From contig CAJNOU010000026.1 of NCBI GenBank assembly GCA_905252715.1, forward strand, positions 64,594-89,750: a stretch of 25,157 nt of DNA. Reading direction: 5' to 3'. The DNA comes from Rotaria sordida. Taxonomy: Eukaryota. The notes beneath the pieces were generated by a model, which saw nothing but the letters and a program-made list of their open reading frames with translations, searched no databases and had not been told where the DNA came from. Of this stretch, positions 9,620-20,600 are shown piece by piece (within the stretch, counting starts at the first letter, position 1; each line of letters begins with the position of its first letter). Made by a program: the position numbers and the translations under genes.

Positions 9620-12140
9620 ATGTTATTCCGAAAAGATCCATGTGGAATTATATGTATTGTATTAACATATGCGATGCTGTTACATTGTCTTTATGCTATT
9701 CTATTTGTTATTATTATACCATTATTAAATGAAAGGTTTAATTTTTATTTTAATTACATATGTAATTTATTTTTCGAGAATTTTCGTTGTTTTTAGTTTA
9801 TATGGTACATTACATGCTTTAATTACTTGTACATTTATTTCTCTGTGTATATTTTCACATGCTCGTGCTGCTTATTTTGATCCAGGCTTTGTGCCTTTAC
9901 CAAAAAAAGGAATTGATTTTTCGGATGTCAAAATGAATGATAATAATAAGGTAAAATATAAAATGAATTTAATATAGTTTTTTCTTTTCTTTTTGGAAAT
10001 GAAAATTACTATTGTATTTTAGGACAATAGTGACGGTTGGACAAGTATGTGATGAAAAAATTTTGGTTTGATTTATTTTTTTGTAGAAATATGTTGTTTC
10101 TTTTAGTTTGTAATCGTTGTGATACATATAGACCAGCTCGTTCACATCATTGCAGGTAAATTGATTGGTTAAGACGTTTGTAAACATAATGAAGGTCGTT
10201 TGGTTTTGTTTAGGATTTGCAAAAGATGCGTTCGAAGGTAAAATTCTTATTTTTGACTATTAGATAAAAGTTAAGTTAGGAAGTACATTCTGAAGGTTAG
10301 GAAACTTTTTTAAAAAAGAAAGTATGCAAAATATTTTGATTCAACTTGAACTAAGATTATAATATAGTTCAGAAGGTTACGATAAATTCTAATCGTCAAG
10401 AATTTCAAATTGTCTCAAAACCATTATATAATAGATGATACAGACTAAGAAATAGCACTGAAAACATCGAGATTAAATATCATTGATGTGTAGATAAAAT
10501 TCATTTTTATATATTCAATTAAAGGAATACAATTTCTAGTTTAGCATTGGATTGAGTCAGAAAATTTATTTTTATATAAAAATCTACATGATAGAAATGA
10601 ATTTCGTTGTCCAATGTAATCTAAAAATTATACAGGTTATTTCTATATTCTTTTTTGTATTAAAATGAATCCCCTGTGCTAATCCCTTAAAGATCCTTCA
10701 AAAAAAGTCAATGTTCGTCAGAACTATCAAAATTAAGATAAATAGGTGGAAGGATAGCCCAAGGCCTAATCTATCATAAATTATATGATTTCTGTCATCA
10801 TCTACTAGAAAAATATGCTGTTTAAAAAAAAAAGAAATTTTTTTTGTTTTATTCTCTGTTTATGCGTTTTTGATCGTGCACCTCAAACTTCTCGAGAAAG
10901 CTTTATTGTAGCCAATGGCATTTTTCTTTTTGTTTAAACGAGCCTACCAAGATGCAGGGCATGAAAAAGTTGCTTTTTTGAATTAAGCTTTACTCCTATT
11001 ACATAAAACAGTACTTTTTATAATAAGAGCGTCATTTTTTGATAGTGTTGCGAGACATTGAACTTTTCTTCGTATAGAAAGTAAGAACTTTAAAAAAAAT
11101 GGCTTTGTCATGTCTTGCATCTTGACATGCGGTTTCAAACAAAAAACAAAATTAAATATATAGAATGAAGGTTCATAGGGAATTTTGGATTACTAAATGA
11201 TCCTTGTTTGTTGATTATCTTTTGAAAACGTCATGGCTATAGGACTGAAAATTTCATACGATTTAAATGTACTTGGTACAAAATCAATATCCATGAAATT
11301 TTTTGCATAGTCATTTCATTTGAATTATCCCTGGAAATAGGAATTTACCATTCCATGATTAAATAACAGTATGAATTAGTGTTTATATCGATATAATAAA
11401 AGTCAATACGGAGGATTATTTTTATTTTTATATTAAAATTTAATTTTTTTGAAATTCTATTTTAGATTAGATCATCATTGTCCTTGTAAGTAGAATGTTA
11501 ATTTTTCATTTGATAATTATAATTTTATTTATCAGGGATTAATAATTGTGTTGGTGAATTCAATCAAAAATATTTTATTTTATTTCTTTTTTATATCGGT
11601 AATAAAAAAAAAGATCTTTTAAATTTTTGAAAAAGAATTTTTCTTTTGTTTATTTTTATTTATATAGGAGTTACTAGCATCTATGTATTTTCATTTGTAA
11701 TTTGGTCATTAATTATTTTTTCACAGAAATCTGACTCACTAATGTATGTATCAATATAGAATAGATTCTGTTTATTTTTCTTGTAAATAATTATTCTATT
11801 TATATAGAGTTCATTCAATAATACTTTGTATTGAATCATGTTTATTCGGTTTATTTGTTGTTACAATTTTCGTTGATCAAGTTCAGTCAATATTAAACGA
11901 TCGAAGTTTAATTGATACATTAAAATTAGATGAAAGTTCTCGTATGACACCACAAATATTACCATCAGCAAGAGTTTTACTAAGAAAAGTTTTTGGACCT
12001 GGTAAACAAAACAAGAAAAATAAAGAATATTTATTTGATAAAATATTTTATTTTTAGGTCCAATATTGCTATGGTTATTACCATGTGATTTGAAAAAATC
12101 AAATGAAACACTCGACTTACAAAATATGCATAATGTTTAA
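9620..12140 (+). CDS. ZDHHC3: DHHC-type protein S-acyltransferase (ZDHHC3/ZDHHC7, GODZ-like), complete, 10 exons, 266 aa
   Basis: Exons: 9620-9735, 9797-9950, 10023-10044, 10107-10155, 10214-10237, 11466-11485, 11536-11598, 11668-11743, 11808-12001, 12058-12140. The sum is 801 nt, in frame, and all junctions are GT/AG. Translation: MLFRKDPCGIICIVLTYAML...DPGFVPLPKKG...[57 protein letters not shown]... This compares with my recollection of human ZDHHC3 (DPCGIVCAVVTW..., [40 protein letters not shown]). I cannot decide between the 3 and 7 paralogs without a search. Confidence 0.85.
10925..11148. mobile_element. Small MITE-like inverted-repeat element (about 224 bp) inside ZDHHC-like intron 5
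   Basis: Region 10925-10978 (ctttttgtttaaacgagcctaccaagatgcagggcatgaaaaagttgctttt) aligns with the reverse complement of 11097-11148 (gttttttgtttgaaaccgcatgtcaagatgcaagacatgacaaagccatttt). Shared blocks are tttttgtttRaaac, caagatgca and catga. No target-site duplication could be resolved. Confidence 0.5.
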
Positions 12141-12445
12141 AGTATTTAATCATAATAATTGTGTTATATTTTATACATAAATTCGTATTTATATTTCAAA
12201 TGTGATCTCAAACGCAAACAAAATTATATACAATTCCAAAAGAGAATCTATATCTCATAGTCAACAAAAAAAAACACAAAAAAAAAGTTTAAAATTGTTT
12301 TATCTTATTAATCAAAAATTAATTGTACAAGCATTTCTTTTTTATTATTTTCTTTTAATTTAAAATTTTTCAAATTCTCTTAAGAAAAAAATTTTTTTTT
12401 TTTCTAGATGATATAAAATAATCTGATAAAAATCAAATCAGTATA

Positions 12446-15400
12446 ATGGCTCAAGCAGCAGCATCTAATTTACGACGACGTATTCTTGGTTCGAGACAAG
12501 ATTCTCCATCAACAGTAGCAATTCAATCATCAACAACTGATATTCCATCAACACTTAATATATCAATTAATCCAATATTATCAAATTTTCAACATCGTAC
12601 TATAAATCGTATTGATCGACGTTCTATTGAAAAAGTTTGGAAACAAATGGATCGTATTGTTAAATATTGTCAAATGCCAAAAATGAATTTAAAAAATTCT
12701 CCACCTTATATGCTTGATATTTTACCTGATTTATATCAAACATTACGTGAAATAATTAATAATTATGATGATCGTTTACATATATTAAATGATATTGAAT
12801 ATTTTCGTATATTTATTGATAATCTTATTGAACAATGTACAAAAACAATTGATTGTTTTAAACGTGCTGGTCATCATATGTATGATGAACAATCAACATA
12901 TAGAAAATATTTAATAAAACTTTCATTATATTTTTCACATAATTTAGCTGAATTAAAATCTTTATTTAATAGAGGAATATATGAAGGTGAAAAATTTCGT
13001 TTAACTAAACAAGAAGCAAATGATTTTTGGAAATCTAATTTTAATGAACGGTAAGATAATAAAACAAAAACAAAAAAAAAACACCAATATTGGTTTTTTT
13101 TTCATTATTTATTTTAGTACAATTGTACCTTGGGAAGAATTTAAAGAAAAATTAAATTATATTCATCCAATTCAAACTATTAATGAAGCAACAGCATTAC
13201 AAAATACAATTGATTTAACAAATAATAATCATGTATCGATATTTGAATTTGATGTTTTTACAAGGTAAATACTTTCTTACATAAGACATTAAAGAAAATT
13301 TATTTTATTGAATAAGAAATTAATTGAATTAAGAACTACTTATTCTTATGAGATAGTATGCTTTTATTCTAATTGATTTATACATAAATTATTAAATAGA
13401 AACGATGATGTAATAGAAATTGAACAGATCTAGTTTGTAGATTAAAAAAAAAAGTAACCAGACAAACATGAATAGAAATAATTGATTAAATGTTATTTTA
13501 TATATTCGATGGTGAAATTTGATGTTATGTAGAGAATCACCAGCGATAATTTAATCAAGAGTTTTATCTATGAATTCTTTTCGTTGTGAGTGAAATTCGA
13601 CTTCTCACATATGTGTAATATATCGTGTAGTTATTTTTTATGCATGTATAAATTATCTGTATTCTAATGTTTTGTTCACTGATTTCGTTCTCATTCCTAT
13701 TCTTTCCCACTACACCTTGCTTTTTTACTTATTTATACCATTATATACTCTTCTGTATGATATTTGAAACCTTAACTATGAAAAAAAAACATGAAAAATA
13801 AATAATAATAACAGTAGAGTACTGTGCAATAGATGGGTTTGATCACGAGCACGAACAAAAGAGAGTTCTCAATCATGATCAAGGATTTTCTTTTTCAATT
13901 ACTATCACGATTACACAGCACACTAATATTTAGTTAATATTATTGAAAGTGAAGATAATAAAAAAATTTATTTGATTATATGATTTTCTCAATTTTGTTT
14001 TTATATAATAGTATTTAATCAGATTATGTATTTTATTAAAAGTAGCATATGAAGTGTCAGATTTTGTTTTTTTGAATTTAAATGAGAACATTAAATTTAC
14101 GGATAAATATTTGAAACTTTGAATGTATATATTACAATCGTGATCACGAAAAAACTTCTAATCATGTAGTATAATAGATAACCGTGAAGAAAATTTCCTA
14201 CTAAGAGTTATTGATTGTTTTTAATCTTTATTAAAAGTCATTAATGAAATAATGCTGAATCTCAATTTCTTATATTCATTTCATAGAAAATTTCATTATG
14301 ATTGTTTATATCGAGGAAGAAGGAACGAAGACTTCAGGCTTGAAGTTTGCTGTTTCTTTTTCGACTTCTATATTTTATTTAAATTTAAAATAAAAAGTCA
14401 AATAAAACTTTCAATCGTTCACTAAATAAATTGCATTGATATTTTGACAAAAAAAAAAGAACACTATATAATATTTTACTAAGTCTTAATATGTTTGTAT
14501 AGTTTAATTAAATCTTATAATTCTTTTATAAAATAGATTATTTCATCCATGGTCTTCTCTATTAACAAATTGGAAATTATTAGCTGTTACACATCCAGGT
14601 TTTATGGCATTTATGACCTATGATGAAGTGAAAGCAATTCTAACAAATTATATTGATAAACCAGGTAGTTATGTTTTTCGATTAAGTTGTACACGTCTTG
14701 GTCAATGGGCTATTGGATATGTAACAACTCAAAATACTATACTTCAAACTATACCACAAACAAAACCATTAATACAATCATTAATTGATGGTGAACGAGA
14801 AGGATAGTAAGTTGATATTATAAATATTTTTTTTTATTCAATTTAAAATTAAAAAAAACAAATTCATCTAGTTATAAATATCCTAATGGAAAAAATATTC
14901 ATATTGATCTTTCATCAGCATTACGACCAACAGAATCTGATCGTATATATATATCTGAAGAACAATATGCTATATATTGTGATATGGGTACTTGTTTTGA
15001 ATTATGTAAAATATGTTCAGTTAATAATAAAGATTGTAAAATTCAACCATGTGGACATTTACTTTGTCAAAGTTGTTTAATCGCTTGGCAGGTTAAGTGT
15101 TTTAAAAACAAAGTTTTTTGTTTTTTAAGTTATTTTTATTCTTTTTTTTTTTGTTGTTGTTTAGAATCAAAATAGTGCTAAACCACCACCATTATGTCCA
15201 TTTTGTCGTGGTGAAATTAAAGGTTTTGAATCAGTTGTTATAAGTCCATTTGATAGTGCCTTAGTAATAAATAGAAAAGAATCAAGTCCAAGTGGATCGA
15301 ATGAATTTGATGATGTAAAAAAAAAAGTTTTATATTAATTTAATCAATAATTATATATATATATTTTTTTTTATTTTAGCAAACATTAGATGCTAATCCA

Positions 15401-17386
15401 AATGTTCAAAATTTACAATCACTTGCTATCGCTCGTCCATTAAATAATGAAAATTCTCATCAAGTACAATTTGTTTTTGTTTTTTTTCTTTGAAATTATT
15501 CATATTTTGTTTTTTTTTTAATTTTAATAGAATAATAATGCTAATAATTCTTCTGATATTATGTCTTCCGCACCTCCACCTATTCCACCTCGACCTGTAA
15601 CTATTAAAATGAATGGAAATCGTGCATCGACTGATACAATATCGAGAAATAATTTTCAACAATTTATTCATCAAACTATACCTCCTCCATTACCACCTCC
15701 TTTACATAATAATGATGTTTTATTAGTACCTCAAAGAGTTCCTACAAAAAATCAACAACCACTTTCATCAGCATCATCAAGCGAAAGTCTTAATGATTCA
15801 CTTGGTAGAATTTATAATAGAAATGTTTTTTTTTGTATAGTTTTATTTTAATAATATTTCATAGCTCTACGTCCAACTGCATCAATAGATTTAACACCAA
15901 CACGTCCTGTCATGTCATATAATAGTATTAATAATCAAACAAGATCATTAAATCAAATAGCTAGGTAAATAAGTCGGTAGATACATTATCTCAAAATTAA
16001 ATAAGCATATTTAATCCTTTGGCGACAGGAAACTTATATATACATTTTAAGCTTTTGTGCACATCCTAACTTGTACAATCATCTGTCTTCACTAGGCTAT
16101 AATAGTATTGTCTTCTCCTTGCTTATAGTCACTTTCACACAGCATCATCTTGTAGTACCATTATACATTTATACAAAGGAAAAACAAGCGAATTTTCGAA
16201 TCCGAAAATACTCAAGAATCTATGGAATCTCTACACTGAAAAATCGTTTAGAATAGTATGAAGTTAAACAGAATCCTCTAAAATCATAGAGCTATTATTT
16301 TTGATGGTGTTGCGGATTTTACTGAAGCTTTAGTGTTGCAGATCATCAGATATTAGATTTTCTATATTACGATATGTGTTCTTCATGGAACTAACCGCAA
16401 GATTTCGTAAAATTCAGTGTCATTCTACTTGATTGTACAATCCAAGAATCTTATGAAGTTTGATGATTCTTCACGAAATTCTCAGTCTTCCTTGGTGCAT
16501 ATACGCCTCGTTTCAAGTTTTTAAAAACAACCCGTCGCCAAAAGGTTAATAACAATCATTAATAGATAAATTAATTTTACAATTCTATTGTTTTTTATCC
16601 TGATGAAGACTATGGCAGTTAAAATTCATGAATAGTTTAAAAAAATTCATGTCTAGTTGTAAGTTTCATTTAAAAGTGCTGCTTATTAACTGCAAAATTT
16701 ATAATGCTTCAGTCTACAACGATAAATAAACTCGATATCCGTTGTTTTGAAATTTTGTTTTTTTTTTCAGAGAAAAAACAAGAAGTATTTTTAAAATTTA
16801 TATTTTAAAAGAAATAGATTAGTAAGAAAATATGAATCGAAAGTTTTTATTTTGTATGACATTTGAAATTGATATTTAAAAATTGTTATATAATCTGTTT
16901 TTTTGCTTATTATCATAATTTATATTAAGGACAATCGAGATACAAAAATAGTTCTATTGACTTTTCTTCAATTTTAACTTTGAATATATATTTGAAAAGA
17001 TTCAAATTTAAAAAGAAAAGGAAGTAATAAAAAGTTATTTATTATTTCTGTCATGAATTGTTGACTCATCAAAGAATAAATAAACTACTGAAATTAATTC
17101 TTAAAAAAAAAATTCTGTTTTTTTTTCTAGTCCTGTTTTGGATTTGATAACAAATAATACTGATCAATTTCGTACAATTGATGATATTCGTTTACGTTTA
17201 ATTGATGAACATCATATTGAACAAACACGTATTGAAGCAGCTTTAACATTAACACAAGGTTTATCTTTAATAAAGCAATATGAATTAGCAAAATCATTTC
17301 TTAATCAAATTCAACAAGAGCAAGCATTGAATTATAATAATAATAATACATTTATTAATGGATCATTTATAAACGAACTTGAATAG
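12446..17386 (+). CDS. CBL: CBL-family RING E3 ubiquitin ligase with TKB domain, linker, RING, proline-rich region and a C-terminal UBA-like region; complete, 9 exons, 701 aa
   Basis: Exons: 12446-13050, 13118-13264, 14537-14806, 14872-15091, 15165-15314, 15380-15463, 15531-15804, 15865-15964, 17131-17386. The sum is 2106 nt, in frame. The translation tracks my recollection of human c-Cbl closely: [21 protein letters not shown]; [18 protein letters not shown]; [42 protein letters not shown]; [22 protein letters not shown]; [45 protein letters not shown]...[11 protein letters not shown]. These are followed by PPPIPPRP and PPPLPPPL motifs. The exon 7 donor (G|GTAGAA at 15805) is the weakest junction. 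Confidence 0.9.
16011..16549. mobile_element. TTAA-flanked TIR element (about 531 bp plus duplicated TTAA), piggyBac-superfamily-like MITE, inside CBL intron 8
   Basis: Left end: TTAA(16011-16014)-tcctttggcgacagg. Right end: cccgtcgccaaaagg-TTAA(16546-16549). The terminal 15 nt match in inverted orientation at 12 of 15 positions. Subterminal inverted blocks are also shared (aaactt..., ttgtacaatca at about 16069 and about 16430). The interior is richer in G+C than the surrounding intron and has no recognisable transposase ORF. Confidence 0.65.
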
Positions 17387-17638
17387 AATCTTTTCTTTAT
17401 ATTTTATTTATCTTTATCAACAGTGAATTAAAAAAAAAACGAATAATTATTAGGAAATAATTCTGTAGAAAATTCGATACGTTGACATGCCAAAATGGAT
17501 ATTTTTTTTTTGTGTGTCTTGGCAATAATATTTCTCTTTCATATATATATATAAATCATCAATTGTCTTTTCTTTTGACAAACGAATATGTATTTAATGT
17601 TTTTTTTTTGTATTATGTTGGAAAAAAATACTTTGAAT

Positions 17639-17644
17639 AATAAA
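17639..17644 (+). terminator. Candidate polyadenylation hexamer AATAAA for CBL, immediately upstream of the eIF3m start region
   Basis: This is the first canonical AATAAA after the CBL stop codon (17384-17386). It lies 15 nt before the ttctAG at 17655-17660 and 33 nt before the eIF3m ATG at 17677. Confidence 0.4.
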
Positions 17645-17676
17645 CATATGTGTGTTCTAGATATAAAATATAAAAA

Positions 17677-20600
17677 ATGAAAGATATTCCAAGTGAGTTA
17701 TTATTATTATTATTTTTTTTTTTTCGTTGATTTATTTGTAAAGAAATTCTATTCTGATGTTTCTAGCGACATGTGTTGCTGCTGTTTATTCAGAAATAGA
17801 ACCTAAGCCACAAGTAAGATTGATATTGATTGTATGTTTGATTTATTGACTTGTCTTTCTTTTTTTTTGTTTCTAGTTAAAAGATATTGAAAAATTTATG
17901 CGTGATCATGGTGCTGAACCAGTGTTAGATTTTAGTTCGGAAGATCTTGAAAGCAAAGTTGAATCGATTATACGTGAATTAAGAAATGTTCTTAAAGATT
18001 CTTTACTTGAAAGCGGTAAAGAATATTTTTTATTTTATTTTTCATAAGAAAATCTATTTAATTATTTAGATATGGAAATGTTTCTTAATTCTGTAATGAG
18101 TTTAATATTGGTTGTACCTGAAGATAAAATAAATCGACCAATTTTAAATTTTTCGGAAGCTATTGTAAATGCAAATCTACCAGAAAAATATGGACCAATA
18201 AAAATTCGAGTGTGAGTTAAGATTGTTTTTTTGTATTTTGAATTGAAAATAAATATTTTAATGGTTTGTTTTTCAGATTAACGAATTTAATTTATGTAAT
18301 ACCGGAACATGCTAATACAGATAAATATCGTATTTTGATGGATTTAATTAAATGTGCTCGAAATCATCGATGTATCAATGCTGTATCAGTTGGAATAAGT
18401 CAAGTACATTTCTTTGTTTTTTTTTTTAAACTAAGAAGGAAAATTTCGAAAATTATCCAATCCTAAGGATTAACAAAAGAACTTTTTATTACTTTAGAAA
18501 ATAATGTGTGGATTAGATATGAGTCTTCTATAACTTTGAGAAAACATTTTTTTTTTCATAAAACGATAAACGATTGTCTGAAAACACAAGTTGCACAATT
18601 TAAAATATGTAGAACAAACCTTGATAAATTGTCTTACATCGAAAGCAAAATACGTTAAAAACTCGCTGATGATTCCTGTTTGTTTTTTGAATTTTAGGCT
18701 ATGATATAACTGTTCTTTTTCTTCTAAGGCTTTGAATGTTTTATAAAAAACTGAGAGATAAACATGCTTCATATAAGTATCATGTTAGATTGTTTGATCG
18801 ATTTACAGGCGATGAATGAATTCAAATAATATATGACAATAACTGATCGGAATAGGATTCTTTCGATTGAAATGTCTACTATTCAGATAAAGAAAATAGT
18901 TTTCGACTTCTAAAATAAAATCTTATATAAGCGATGGTTATACATTAGTATAATTATAGTCTAAACGGTGTTTTTTTTTCTATGATATAACTAATCATTC
19001 GTAGTGTTTACAAGAGATTACAAAGAAATTAGAGTAAAATACAAATTTGGACTTCAGAGACTATTTTGACTGATAACACGAGAAAGTATAATTTCCAAGC
19101 ATTTGAGCAAATCCATCTACACTCACACCCGTTTTTTTCCATCATTCAATTTCCTTTATACTCGAAGAAGCCATTCGTGTTAATACACCGATTTAGACAT
19201 GCACCGAACTTGAGCTCGAGGTTTTGGACAAACAGCTCACATTTATGTTTGTAAACTATCCAACCAGTTCAGACAGTGTCAGATACTTGGGTAATTATCC
19301 AAGCATTTGATAAGGTATATGAACAATCATGGAAGCATTCTAGGGTTCAGTTAAGTTCAAGTTTGAGTTTTTCTGAACATTGTTGGCTTCTGTAGGATGC
19401 TTACAGACCTTTGTTTTTTGGATCATTTATTCTATTATGTGTAGATCTATCATAGCTAAGCCTAAAATCTTTTCTTTTCACTTAGTTCTACTTGCTTTTG
19501 TTCACTAACTGAAAATGATTGCAGTCAAGACCGAAACTCGAACTTTTGGGTTCGATGCATGCCTATATCGGCCATCATTGTGAGTTCTTCATGTACTCAC
19601 TGACTTCACTGTTAGTCTTATTGTTAAAGTTCGAGTTAGATCATGTCTAAAAATACTTCTATATTATTTCTGAACAATTTTACTCACAAAGAAATCATTC
19701 TGTCTTCTTAAATATTTAATTTATCTTTTGTATAACGTAGGTAAAAATTTGGGTTAAAGAATGGAAAGTTTCAAATGAACAAGTTCAAGAACTCTATCGA
19801 AATATGCATGAAGCATATGCAGCAATTGGTGATTCGTATGTGATTTTTTTTTAAACATAACAATCCATTCTTATCTAATTAATATTGATACAGAACAAAT
19901 GCATTACAACTTTTACTTGAATTACTTGGTACATATACAAAAGAAACAGCATCAAAAGCTCGTACAGATGCATTCAAGTAGGATTATTTACAAACAAAAT
20001 TTCTTCTCTATAAATAATCTTTTGTTTTTAAATTTATATTATAGATGTATTATCAATAGTATAAATGATCCAAATGTATTCATAATGGATCATCTTCTTT
20101 TACTTGAACCTATAAAAGTTCTCGAAGGAGAAAATATTCATAAAGTAAAATTTCTATAAAAATTTTCATTTATTTATTTATTTAAACTTTATTTTTTTTT
20201 TTTAGTTATTAAATATTTTTGTTCTTGGTCGTTTACAAGATTATCTTGAATTTTATTCAAAACAAAAATCATTTATTGAATCATCAGGTATGAATAAATT
20301 TTCTTTATTTTATTTTACTTTATTTTAGAATATTTTATTTAGGTATTAAACATGAAAGAAATTTAACAAAAATGCGTTTATTAACATTTCTTCAAACAGC
20401 TGAAAGTCAAAAAGAATTAACATTTGATGCAATTGAAAAAGAAATGCAAATACCATCTGATGATATTGAATCATTTATAATTGAAGGTAAAAAAGTATTT
20501 TTTATTCTAAAAGATATTTAATTAATTCAAATAAATCTATTTTAGCTGTACGAACAAAAATGATACGTTGTAAAATTGACCATCTTGCACGAAAAGTTAT

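Noticed and set aside
9327-10187. Track ORFs 9327-9560 (-), 9545-9796 (+), 9729-9977 (+) and 9969-10187 (-).
   Set aside because: They are read-throughs of real exons into introns or into the divergent spacer. The last one is antisense to ZDHHC-like exons 3 and 4. All are accounted for by the spliced SLC25A15-like and ZDHHC-like models.
10488-10610. A possible small palindromic element in ZDHHC-like intron 5 (tgtagat...ttttatata on both strands).
   Set aside because: The matching blocks are short (7-10 bp) and made of A/T-rich words that recur by chance in this composition.
19536-19562. A tRNA-like T-arm string (gggttcgatgc) in eIF3m intron 5.
   Set aside because: The flanking bases cannot form acceptor, D or anticodon stems. 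The string is part of the right inverted arm of the 19158-19598 element and has a counterpart in the left arm.
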